Shown here: one piece after another, positions 26,402 through 38,546 of the stretch
How the letters are laid out: each line of letters starts with the position of its first letter
How positions within the stretch are numbered: position 1 is the first letter of the stretch
DNA from: Bigelowiella natans CCMP2755
Lineage: Eukaryota > Protista > Cercozoa
NCBI GenBank assembly: GCA_000320545.1
Contig: ADNK01003026.1
Span: 1 to 48,971 of the forward strand
DNA length: 48,971 nucleotides
Reading direction: 5' to 3'
The notes under the pieces: generated by a model
Databases searched by the model: none
Told to the model about the DNA's origin: nothing
What the model saw: the letters and a program-made list of their open reading frames with translations, nothing else
Program-made: the position numbers and the translations under genes

Positions 26402-29400
26402 AGAGAGCGAGAGAGAGACCCAGAAATTGTATCTGCAAATATAGGAAAGCAGCTCGCCTCCCAATTAGCATCATCCCGATTTTCTGAGCAGGAAAAACAT
26501 GATGAGAGTGAATATGGTTGTTCCTAATAATCAGGAGGAGGAGGAGGAGGAAAAAGACGCCCAGAAATTAATAAGGCGCACCAAGGGAAACTAGGAGAAG
26601 AAAAAGAAACACAACAACGATCAGTGGCATCAGCATCAATGACTGTCGTCAAGGCCTTCAAGGAAGGATGGAGAAGAATATTCCACAGGAAACCACCTCG
26701 TAGCCAAAACAATCATCAATGCCAAAGCAGCCATGAGAGGGGGGGGCATGAAGCATCTTCCTCTTCGCATCTACGTCATAGCCACCGTCGGGGAAAACGA
26801 GCAACTCCAAGACCAGCACAAACAGTAGTTTCTCCTGCCAGGCGATATTTTGGAGGAGGGGGGGGGGCAGCAGAATTTGGTGGGGTAGGTGATGGCAAGG
26901 AGACCGATAATAAAAAGGATTCCCATTATTTGTACTGGAATCATCATCATAGCTTTATGATAGATCAGGTGGTACTATTTCAAAGATGATAATCAGTATT
27001 ATTGTTGTTTTGCGTCGCTTTAAATCGTCGATGTACGTGTTTACATGTAATGGCATCGTATGATTTAGAGGGGGAGGAGGAGGAGGGCATTATTATATCA
27101 TACACATAGCGGTGAATTCCACCTATTGTTCATCTTCGTATCTAGTCCACGATACTACTACTATTTTCAAACTCCGTTTTGTTTACACCACACCCTTGTT
27201 TTTGTTGTCATCATTATGAATTTTAGTTCCTTATAATCAAGCCATTATTATTATTTCCCCAAATCATTGTCAGTTACAAAAGCGCTCCGCTGTGAAGCTT
27301 CAGATCGAAGGCCTGGATGCACCTAGCATGAATATGATGCTTTGCCAGCAGTTGAATGTGAAAAAGATTCCAGATCCCGTCCTCAATTTCATTGTACACC
27401 GTGCTCATTGCAACCCGTTTGTTGCAAGCGAAATACTTGGCGCATTAAGGGCCAAGGGTGTCATCAGTGTATCATCATCCAATGATAATGCTGATGATGG
27501 AAAAGTAGTACGCACACCAACCAAAATAGTAGAAATACTACTGTCATTTTCACGTCATCATTCAAAAAAACTGTGATTGTAGTCATATAGTCGTTAAACT
27601 ACTACACCTGAATCATCACTACTACTACTATATTACACTACAAGCTCAGTAGCTTCGATGTGAGTCAGTCTTCCACCATGGTCTTCTTCTTCATGCTGAC
27701 ATCAGACGATATCTATCTATCTGTCTGTTGCAGCAATTGATAGTCACAATCAGTGTTCATATGCAACGTTTTTGGTTCAGTAGTAGTAGTAGTAGTAGTG
27801 GTGGTGGTGTTTTTGGTTCAGTAGTAGTAGTAGTAGTGGTGGTGGTGGTGGTAGTAGTAGTAGTAGTAGTGGTGGTGGTGGTAGTAGTAGTAGTACGCAA
27901 CAAATTGAGTGACAGATGCTGATATCAATTTAATCGGGGTCACACAGGTGAAATTCGATGAGACTGAAGATCTTGAGAGATTGCAGCTACCACGCAGTAT
28001 AAAGGATCTAATCACAATGCGGCTCGATAATCTCCCAAATCACGAGTTGCTCGTATGTAAACTAGCATCTATTTTTGGCATTACTGTGCCAAAAGGCGGT
28101 CTTGAATTTGTGTGGCTTAAGGAGGGTTACCCTCCAGAGAAGTTGTGGCCGGCTCTTATTTCTCTAGAGCAGAAAGGCATTATGCATCAACCTAGCGCAT
28201 CAGAGTAATAATTTCGATGACATAGTAGTGATAGATAGTAGCAGGAGTACCAGTAGTAGCAGTAAGTCCTTAAAACGACATAACAGTATCTGCGATCGAT
28301 GACCACTGAGTCTGAGCATTTACACCTTCATTTCTAAATATATTATATTGATGCCATACCAGTTATCTGCTTTTTGGTTTTCTTCTTTATCTATTTGCGT
28401 CATCATCATGTTACTCATATTTTCTTTATTGCTATTATGTTCTATGTTTTGTGGTACCCACCGCTACCAGATATTCTTTTACTCAACCTCTCGTCGCGGA
28501 GGCGTGCATCGACACTATTCTCTATGAGCGTCGGGCAAGAATTCACCTAATGATTTCCAAGTATTATACCTATCGGATGAGGTCTGAGCAGGCACGTCTT
28601 GAAAATGCAGCTGCTTCTTCAAGCTTGCATGGTAGTCACTCTGTCATATGGAGATAGATACTCTGATATGGATAGATGATGATAATGGGGAGGAGGAGGA
28701 GGAGAAGTGCGGTGCGAAAGACGAGAATTGAGATCTTCTTGCACGAAGATCTGCTGTTGTCAGATAAGAATAGATATCTCCTTGCACGAAGAACTGCTGT
28801 TTGGTGTCACTTAATGCTATTGTTTGTCCCCTTTTCTTCCTTCGTCTATTGCATACATCATCAGTTTCACCATCAGCAAAAGTACGTAAGGCGTCGATGG
28901 ATTTTGCACCATTACTAGAGGCAGCAGCAGGAACTGATGATGTAAGAGAATTACGACACCACCACGAAAATAGTGGTAGTAAGGAGGAGGTAAATGACTC
29001 TCCAGCAGTGCCTTTTCCTTCTTCTCCCGATGAGAAAACCAACCAAGACGCCAACAGCAGCAAAACCGAGGGGAGAAACAAAAATATCGATACCAAAACA
29101 ACAGCACCAATTTCTATCCCAACCGAGGGGGAACAAAAAACCAAGCAGCAGCAGCAACAAAGGAATGCTTCTCCTTCTTCCATTACTACGACAAATCCTC
29201 TCACCAGTGTATCATCATCTCAGCAGCAACAAAAGTCAACCCCTGACGAATACAATGAGCCAAACGATGATTTGAATATTATTCCTCGTATCAACAGCAA
29301 CAGCAGCGTTGGTAGCAGCAGCGGCAACAATGCTCGATTAAATGGGCTACTAAGTTATAATCTCAAACAGCAAAGGAATTCTCCAAAGAGAAAACAGAAC

Positions 29401-29844
29401 AAAAGCCATAGGAGAGGGGTGTGACTTACTTGCAGTGTGCGTGCGTGCGTGTGTGTGTGTGTGTGTGTGTGTGAAGTTTGTTGTCGCAACATCACGTCTG
29501 TCAATCGTTCCAATGTAACTACTGTTACTACTGTATTGCTACTAAATACCATGACTACCATTACTACCACTAAGTGATAGTTTTAATACAACATTCTCAC
29601 ACTACATTCTCACACTTATCAATCGTAAGTCCTGCGTCGCTCAAACATAAAAGCCTTTTAGACAGAATCATGCAACTACAATATATAATAATATCGATGT
29701 TTTTCTTAACCTTCTCTCCAGATGACAATAGAGAGCATGGCTAGCATTGAGTTCGGCGACTTGGTAAAAATCAACCATTTTTTAAGTTGATCGCGAATTC
29801 ACTGTTATAGCTGCAAATCATGGTGGCAAGCAGCATTGGTGTTA

Positions 29845-29877
<33 letters not shown>

Positions 29878-29978
29878 GTGCTTATCTAGTACTAGCCATG
29901 CTAATAGCGACACGATTTCATACTACATTGGAACATGCTGTCCGAAAAGTTAGTAGGATACATACAGAGCTCTTTCTT

Positions 29979-30025
<47 letters not shown>

Positions 30026-31300
30026 CTGTATCTGATTATGGGTGAAGGGGGGGATTCATTATCTCATGGAATTATTATATGTTGTATAAACGTACATGTA
30101 ATATATATTAATATTACATATATGTATAATTTTCACCATTTTATCATCAATCAATCAATAAAAATCAGCAAAGCCGTGAATCATCAAGGGCCTCGTTGAA
30201 GGCATTCTTTGCAACGGAACAACGCAATAATAACTCGAATAATGGTGGGCAATCCACCACCATGTACCAAAGGGCTTCCTCCTTCAATTCACAGCTCTCT
30301 CAGAAAGATAATATTGACCAAACGGGGGGGGGGATAGGGAGGGAGGGTAGCAAACACGACTACCTCGAAGATCGTCGAAAGATGATGTCCAGGATCTCGG
30401 TATCTACGTCCGATTTGCATTGCGATATCTTTGAAAAGGAAAGGGATGAGAGATCAGGGTGAGGAGTAGTAGTTCATTAAAAAGAATGTGCATTAGATAG
30501 ATAGGTACATAGAAGAAGAAGAAAAAAGAAGAAAGAGAAGAGTGGTAATGATGATGATCATGCATGAGAAGATGAGTGGCTTGAGGAGAAAAATGGTGGT
30601 AGGTAGGTAGGTAGTGCGTTAGAAAATGATGCGTGTGAATCTTTAGTTCCTGTTTATTATCATCACCACAATGATGCGTGTGAATCTTTAGTTCCTGTTT
30701 ATTATCATTCATCACCACAATTTATATTTGTTTTCTCTACCACGGTAGATGGCAGCGCCGTTCTGCCTCAGCAATGTTCCGCCGATTAAAATCAATGGAA
30801 CCACGGGAGAGATCGTCGGTTGAATGTGATGCAGTCATACAAAAAATAGGAGAACACTATGTTTCTGCGTGCCTTATCTCTGGAAGATGTCCAGAGCAAG
30901 CAGTTGCGGTATGTATAGATCATAACAAAATATAGTCGATAATATGATAATACTAATCATGATGCAGAAGAAAAGAATAGATGATGTGTGATGCTCCCTC
31001 CACGTTGATTACTTTCCTTTGCTTTCCTTTCTTTCCTCGGCCGTTTTTCTTTTTTGGTTTAGGCTATTAAATCGTGTGTGATTTTAATCAATTAGTTCCT
31101 ACTAGTTCTACTGCTAGCAGTAGTAATGATAATATCAATTAATAATACTATTTTTACAGGCTGCGTTGAGGCATCTAAATGAAATGTGGAAAGCACATAA
31201 ACATATTCGAAATAGTGGACAAGCCGCAGTGATGGTGCAGAAGGCTTTCAAGATCCAATCTCTTTACATGATTGAATCAGCAAAAGTGTGTATGTGAAGA

Positions 31301-31331
<31 letters not shown>

Positions 31332-31656
31332 AGGGGAGAGAAAAGGGGAGAAAGAAAGAAAAATATGAATTATCTGTGCCATTCAACTTCTCTTTTCATT
31401 TTCTGTTTCATAGTGCACAAACACCACAAATACAATAATTATGACTCATGAATTTGTTTCGAATTACAACACAACAGGAATTGGAACTATTTGTCAAGCA
31501 CAAGAAGATTTTTGAGACGGTTCTCAAAGGCTCAGATGCAGTCAAGCGCAATATTGAGTTAGCGGAGAAAGACCTGGAAAATCGGAACATGTAATATTCA
31601 ACTCAAAATTTACCTTACTGTGGCTGTGGCTGAAAATACACACGCACATAGAATGA

Positions 31657-31700
<44 letters not shown>

Positions 31701-31998
31701 ATATGTGTGTATGTGTGTGTGTATGCACGTGCTTGGCTACACAAGGACGAAAGGTATCTCACTCACACCGAATGATGCGATCAGATTGTGGCAAAAGGCC
31801 ATAAAGGATGGGGATAGGAAGAAAGCAACAGAAATAGTCAATGAGAGTCTGAACGTTTATAAAAAGTTTAGGAACAACGGAATTAAGGTACAGATGATGA
31901 TGTTGATCAAGAAAGACTGGTATGATCATGAAAAACATGAAGATTCAAAATTGTTGATGGTCAGGATCAGTGTTGTTCACATTTGATAGATGTGTATT

Positions 31999-32031
<33 letters not shown>

Positions 32032-32141
32032 ATTTGGAACAGAGCGAAAAAGTCGAAAAGCTAGAAATGATGCAGAAAAATCGGAAACTCATTGCAATCT
32101 TCTTCAACGAAAGCAAGGGGAAAAGAAAAAAACCTAGATGA
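17869..32141 (+). CDS. Soluble adenylyl cyclase (ADCY10/sAC)-like protein: N-terminal PH domain, two class III cyclase domains, STAND P-loop NTPase and helical C-terminus; about 30 exons
   Basis: PH-like LFGRLLKK|SKKLRTYQMRFVRVLEGAVYYSK...ATWVQGI. C1: LASYVP, LVLADVSGFTNLNE, HGGDCIKFAGDAL, LHVAVGYG, EFLLTGAPF. C2: WLAELRNVSVIFVN, QFLVDDKGT, FGVPP, RREHAVVGDTVNSAARL, VKGK. Walker A LTGPAGVGKT (about 23230-23260), Walker B WVIDDAQYID (about 24160-24190), then HCNPF, LPRSIKDLITMRLDNL and YSFTQPLVAE. TGA at 32139-32141. The start codon is tentative; further upstream exons are possible. Confidence 0.9.
19664..19761 (+). repeat. Intronic tandem duplication, 49-bp period
   Basis: GCGTGTATTT(A/G)CCTGTGTCCCAATTAA.ATATTGAA.TATAC.ATTATG at 19664 and 19713. 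Confidence 0.88.
30625..30708 (+). repeat. Intronic tandem duplication, 45-bp period
   Basis: AATGATGCGTGTGAATCTTTAGTTCCTGTTTATTATCAT at 30625 and 30670. Confidence 0.9.
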
Positions 32142-33108
32142 ACATCGAACAAAAATCAATGTGTAAAACTTGGGCACGAATTATCCACAGTGCTCAGTTT
32201 TCTTTGTGATGGAATGTGACAGTTGTTCTCAATGCAACTTAAAGTCTCATCATGTCATATACGTGATGACGCCACGTGCTGTTCGGAGAAAGTGAACACG
32301 TGCATGCCTGCACTTGCAATGTGTGAGCAACAGTATCTACTGTCGTTGAAAGCCTGAACACAAGAAAAGCCGCCCATGAAGTGTGTGCACAACTTGGTCA
32401 AACGCGATATTTTCACAAAAATAGAGTTTTCTCGGCAACCAGATGTCGGGTGGAGGTGTAGTTGGGCGCAATCGAAAGCCCTAGTTGCGCTCTTCAAAAT
32501 GGATCAATCGATCACCTCTTTTTTTTTTTAACTGCGCGTTGGGGTCGCATCATTTTTCGATGAAAATAATGCACACCATGCTCGTTTTCCCTCCACCCAC
32601 GTCCGATCGCTCATTGCAGCGCGAGCGCATGCTGCCATGCACGCGCTGCGCCAAGTGAAATCGATTAGAATCATGCAGCGCAAGTGACACATGTGAAAGC
32701 ATCAAAAATGCAATGGCCATCCACAAACCATCATGCAATGCACATGCATGCATGCACGCTCACAGCTAGCGATGTGCACTGCTAGAATGGCATGCACGTA
32801 CAATCTGACAAATCGCGCGTGCACTTTTTGGTCTAGCTAGCTCAGCGATTTTTGTCCGATTTCGTTTTTTTTTGCAGATTCAGAACCGTCTTGATCTGAC
32901 GCGCACCTCGCGCAGCACACGCCACATGCTAACATGGGCTATGCTAGCATGCGTAACAATGCCATAGAATGTCGCATGCTAGCATGCACATTGTGTTCAT
33001 GGGGCACATGTAGTCGTGCAACGTTGCCATGCTAGCATGTGTATCTACATTTCTCGATAAGTTACCTCTTCGTCGCTACCTCGTTTTGTTAACCTCACTA
33101 TAACCACT

Positions 33109-33660
33109 CTAGGCATCCTTTTCCCTTTCTTCACCTTTCTCGTAGTCTTCTACTTCTTCGTCCTCGTAGTCGTCAGCACATTCTATTTCCTCCCTTTCTG
33201 CAATCTTTCTCGGCATATCCAAATCTTCCACGCAACATGGGCGGAATCTGGAGTATTATCGATGATGGGTAGCGACGGAAGAATTGTGAGATGATGATTA
33301 GTCAGCGAACGTACATATATGCACATCAACACGGACACACACATACACAAACGTCATAAATTGAAGTCTAGGAAGAGAGTGAGCGAGGGAGAAGCAAGAC
33401 CTCAAGACGCCGGTACAACACCTACTTCACCACAACTACAGCTGCTAGAAAACGATATATTTCTAGATTTTATGATGATGGTCATGATAGCAATGATCAT
33501 CATCTTAACTGGTTGATAACGTAGTCGATAGGTATGTTCGGGTTGATCTTGGTGTCGCCTAAGACGTAATAGAGGGATCGCTCGATGCCTACCTGTACGT
33601 GTATACTCATCATTGAATCCCCATTTTCGCAGTCATGATTCCTAGTAATAAAGTGCTAGC

Positions 33661-33691
<31 letters not shown>

Positions 33692-35239
33692 ATAGTAGTC
33701 GTAGCAATACCTCTCGTTTCCATTGCGCCTCTGCATCAGTCACGGGGATCACGAGAAGAAAGTTGACTATCTGTTTCTTCTGGACGGAAGAAGACGATGA
33801 CAACGACGATGACGACGATGACGACGGAGCAGCACCCTGCATTGGTGGCGGGAGATTTACTTGTACAGGGAAGAAACCCTGTTTCTCATTGATTGGTGAC
33901 ACTAGCACAACATGTGTCAGCTTGCTGCCGCTGAGGAAAGGTATAGGAGAGCGTGTGTCGGGGTCATGTGGTTGCGTCCATTTACCTATTTCCACGCGCA
34001 AGCACCTACACTCAAAAGGTTTGTCGATTCAAGTAGTACCGACGACGACGACGATGACGACGATGACGATGATGATGATGATGATGATAATGATGATAGT
34101 TTGTCGTACAGCTCTCTCCTCCCTCCTCGTGATGCATGCATACATGACTACCATCCCCTTGATCGATAATCCTAGGTATGCCATGTCCCTCTCCAAACCA
34201 AGCACCCGTATCCATCACATACCCAGCAAGTGAACGTAACATCTCGAAGGGCCACGAGGACACATTTTTACTGAATAGAAACCAACACAGCTCTTCTACT
34301 TTAAAATATCTACTTTGACGGGGGAGTGGATATCTAGATGGGAGGGGGAGAGGGAAGGCAGTGGGAAATTCAAAACCTATCATCCTCTGCTTCAAGTCCA
34401 GCTAGTCCATCCGTCTCCTTCGCCCCACTTAAAGGCTTCCCTGTCAACATGGTTGGGAGTTTCCAGGACGGGGGTAGATAACACATTAGCTCTGCATGCG
34501 CATAATGCTCTGCATTTTCAATATCCGGGGGAACCTAATGACGAGGATGAAGATAAAAGAAGATCGGGAAATTAGCGTGCTGTTGGTCTGTTGTCGTGCA
34601 CTCGTAGGAGCACCACCTTCATTCGAGTTCCTGACATGCCCATAGTCACGAGGGTGTAGTAATTACGATTCAGTTGTTTCGAGGGAGGAAAAACGTAGAT
34701 ATGCACCCCGTTCCGAAACATGTCGCTGTGTACGATGGTTTTGGAAGCGTTGTCGTTAGCCTGAGTAGTACAAGCAATGTACACTTTTTATGTTTCTACA
34801 CACACACACACACACACTTGCATACATGCATACATGCATGTACAAAGATCCACGCACATGCACGCACATGCGCACTTTTCTTCTCCTATCTATGTGGGCA
34901 GTTGGTGCTACTACCTACTACGCACGTACCATTAGATATTTTTCAAGGTGATCGGCAATTTGATTCTCGTCAAGGGCCCCATTCATTTTCCGCTGAGATT
35001 TTACGTCCTCGGAGTCATATTCTGCTGCGATCTGTCGCTGAGGGGGACGATTCTTCGGTGATGGGGCCGACGAACACTTTGCATTCCCTCCCTGCTGTTT
35101 TGCAACAGAACTTTTCTGCGACTCATCGTCTTCGCGCTATTGTGGAAGGAAATTTCATCATCGAATCCAGCATCAACAAGGAATTTCGAAGCATAAGCCG
35201 ATCCATTAGTACCTTTGCTGTATTATTTACCTTCTCCAT
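33109..35239 (-). CDS. SUFU (suppressor-of-fused-like) domain protein, multi-exon
   Basis: IADHLEKYL|..VHIYVFPPSKQLNRNYYTLVTMGMSGTRMK|VPPDIENAEHYAHAELMCYLPPSW..WPFEMLRSLAGYVMDTGAWFGEGHGIP..PFLSGSKLTHVVLVSP..VNFLLVIPVTDAEAQWKRE|VGIE follows the SUFU N-terminal / bacterial SUFU-like pattern; acidic tail; TAG at 33109-33111. Confidence 0.85.
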
Positions 35240-36251
35240 GATGAGAGGTCCAGGGGGTTAGCAGTTCTTCGTGAGATCGAAATGGTGATTGAAGCTCGAA
35301 AGGAAGTTCAGAGGAGGGAGGGGAGTGCCAAGTGCGATCATTCGAGTCTTCGCTGCTACTTACTATTGCTGCGACTTGCAAATAAACCCAATAGAAGCGC
35401 TAAAACGAGTGTGGTTTGTGTCTTACGACATGATTTGTGCTGTGTCGCAGCTAGTAGAATGAGACCAATCGCAAGGTCCGAAAGAGTACCCGCGGTTCAT
35501 CTAGGATGAACCTGTGGTCCTGCATGCAACGCAGCTCTGCGATGATTGGACGCAGCGCAAACGTCTCAAAAACACATGCAGAGGCACGAAATTCGTCCAC
35601 GCAGATAAATGACAATGTCACTTGCAACACAGCATCCAAATGATCTTCATTGCGTGGTGCTCATTGCATGGTGCTTGTGTGATGACAATGCTGGAATGGT
35701 GAGAAACGCGCACATCGCGCCCTGTCATGATTTGACGGCACGCACAGTCACGCAGCATTGCAATGACAATGGACACAGTAATGATGCGATTGATGGCTAA
35801 CGAAACTATAAAACAACATGCAACACCTACATGTAGATGCTTTCGTTGTCGCATCGCAACAACACGCTTCAAACACAGCGATCGATGCCAAATCGGTGGG
35901 AAACAATGAAACAATGATGAAGAACTACATTTCCAAAATGTTGCAGTGGGAGGGCCTGCCCAACGATGTCTAGATGTTGCAATTCGTTTTTGAGGATGAT
36001 CGACATCTCAACCATACCATTACACTGTCTATGCAGCGAGCAATGGGAAACGCATGTTGGTGTGCACGAAACTGCTGCTGGACACAACTAGCTGTGAACA
36101 ACTTCCACGACTAGTATGCATGCCGTGAAACTTTATACATTTGCAGCAATGCACTACTAACTACTACATCATGCACTACAGCAGGTTCCTGTTGCTTCAT
36201 CTTGTTATCCTACTACTACTACTACTACTACTACTGCTACTACTATATCCA

Positions 36252-36791
36252 TCATGCACTACAAGTTCCTGCTTCATCTGGTTCCTCGTCTTCGATGTGA
36301 CATGTCTGGAAGCACGTTGCAGAGATAATCTGTGATGTTTTTTATTCAATGTAGGTCAAAATGAAGTAGAGATGTATAGTATCAACCCATAGCATGATCA
36401 CCACTGCCCGATAGCAAACTACTACCCTTCGGTTATGGACATCAATCCATGCTTGCAGAGGCCAATTTCGTCTTGGCATCTCATCACCAGCCTTTATTAT
36501 ATTGCAGAAATAAGCTTTAGTAGTTGACATACATAATCGCTAAACAACATTCATGACCAGTCAAATGCACTTTGGTATTACATCATCAATAATGCTTCAT
36601 CGGTACTAGTAATACCTCATAAGCAGGCGGTGTCCATCCCATTGGTTCTTGTGTTGCAATCAATGAATATCTGGGTAGTAGCGGTGTAGTAGTAGTAGTA
36701 GTAGTAGTAGTAGTTAATAATGCGACATTATTGAGGTAGTAGTAGTAGCACCATTAGGGTTGTTACATCTACTACGTACTGCACTATATCG

Positions 36792-36824
<33 letters not shown>

Positions 36825-37760
36825 CGTTGGCAGCCATATTTAGGGTATGGGTGCCTGTATTCAGCAACTTCAAGGCCGTCGTCTTTGATCTCCTCATACT
36901 CTCTCAATTTTTGCAATCGGGTCCCTGTGCAGTGTAATTCATTTGAATGACAACTTTTCCGTTTAGTTTGGTGACTGACAACACGTAGCACGAACCATTG
37001 AGATTTGAAATTGCCCAGTGAAGGAGTGGAGATTTACCCCACCCCTTTCTTCCAGGGCCAAGAGGATCCTTCCCTGGATCATCGAGGCCAATCAGCACAA
37101 TGGAGTAGTTGTGGTCTTTGTCACATCCCCGACACTATTTTATAATTAGGAAGAGAAGGATGAGGCTGAGGAGGAGGACGGGCAAGCGAGTGCTAAATAT
37201 TATGGAAATATTAATTTGCCATGTAGCAAAATTCAGCTATGGCTTTTGAAACGTCGTCGTTTATAGTAGCAGGAAACTATCAGAGGATGATATAGTAATC
37301 AAGAATCCGTTGTTACTACAAAAACATCAGAAAGAGCATAAATTTTGATCCACCCTTTGTTCGGTTAGTTGTTCTTTCACCCACGCCCTACCCGAATAGC
37401 AGGGGGATGGTAAGTTTCGTCGAGATTAAATTCTGTGTCTTCACATTTTGAGCCCGTCCAGAGTGGCCCATAATCGTATCTCGAAACATAGAAAAGAAAG
37501 AACAAAAAGGCGGGTGCAATGTGAGATGAGATCAAGCACCTTTTTGACATTGCACGATAACACTTGCGACAGCAATAGCAGCAGAATTGGCGTCGATATG
37601 CAATAGCTGCTTTTTATGATTCTACCCAAAGTCGACTTCTAGTCTTGGTGATATCCGTGGTACACCCATCAGATCATATCTAGAGCTTAGAAACAACAGA
37701 TCGACCAGGTCACCATCTGCATCTTTCATTGGCTTCACTCCGAAATCGCTTCTGCATAGA
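36252..37760 (-). CDS. PEBP (phosphatidylethanolamine-binding protein) family protein, multi-exon; 5' end unresolved
   Basis: Exons: ..ISPRLEVDF|..YSIVLIGLDDPGKDP..SPLLHWAISNL|..GLEVAEYRHPYPKYGCQR|YSLIATQEP..|..RRNWPLQAWID..|IISATCFQT..TGA (36252-36254). The order matches the PEBP motifs (L.V.Y; YTL..DPD.P; HW..NI; Y..P.P..G.HRY; R..F; A..F). Confidence 0.75.
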
Positions 37761-38004
37761 GTAGCGTGGAATTAGTTACGTTTGGTTGTAAATATTGACT
37801 GGTGCAAACTAGTTGCTTATTGTATGTAGTCCCAAAACAACTAGATTCAGCAAAGAAGAAGAAGAAGAAGAAGAAGAAGAAGAAGAAGAAGGGAGAAAAG
37901 ACATACGATGATCCAAATTGTGAAAGTGTAAGAGAAGGTTATTATAGTGCTTTCAAAACTACAAAATTCTTAGATCGTGTGCATAATTCGTTGCCGTTAC
38001 TCTC

Positions 38005-38040
<36 letters not shown>

Positions 38041-38462
38041 CCTCTCTCTGCTGTGGCATGCTGCTTATTATTACCCCTGTACTGAACTTGCAAATGACGA
38101 TGATGATGCAATAGCGATAACGAAGCAAAAAAATTGGGCAGATGATTCTCTCATTGGCAGGGAAAAGGCATCAAGGGTTCGAAAAGCACCCATACACGAG
38201 TCCTAGCTGGAAAGAAAGAAAATGTAAGTAAGCTCTTTGTAGCAACAAACTACTCAACTATTGTTGAATGCATCTTGAGTTTACAGCATAAAAACTAAAG
38301 CGTAAGTATTTTCAGAAAGTATTTATGATTAGTATGCTGCTCAATATTCTGTCTCCTTGTCCATGCCACCATAGTAGTTGCACTTGGAGAAAGTATTTGA
38401 GAGGGGAGGGGTGTGACGTACCTGCCACGTGCAGCGAAGTGGCTTTGGACCTGGCAACATTC

Positions 38463-38546
38463 CGGCAACAATAATACATCGGCAACAATTCGGCAACAAT
38501 AATTCATCGGCAACAATTCGGCAACAATAATACATCGGCAACAATT
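38463..38546 (+). repeat. Minisatellite, 3 x 28 bp CGGCAACAATAATWCATCGGCAACAATT (internal CGGCAACAAT subunit)
   Basis: Units at 38463-38490, 38491-38518 and 38519-38546, with one mismatch. Confidence 0.9.

Noticed and set aside
38463-38546. CRISPR-like array
   Set aside because: Units are contiguous with no unique spacers, the context is eukaryotic, and no cas genes are present; it is a minisatellite.
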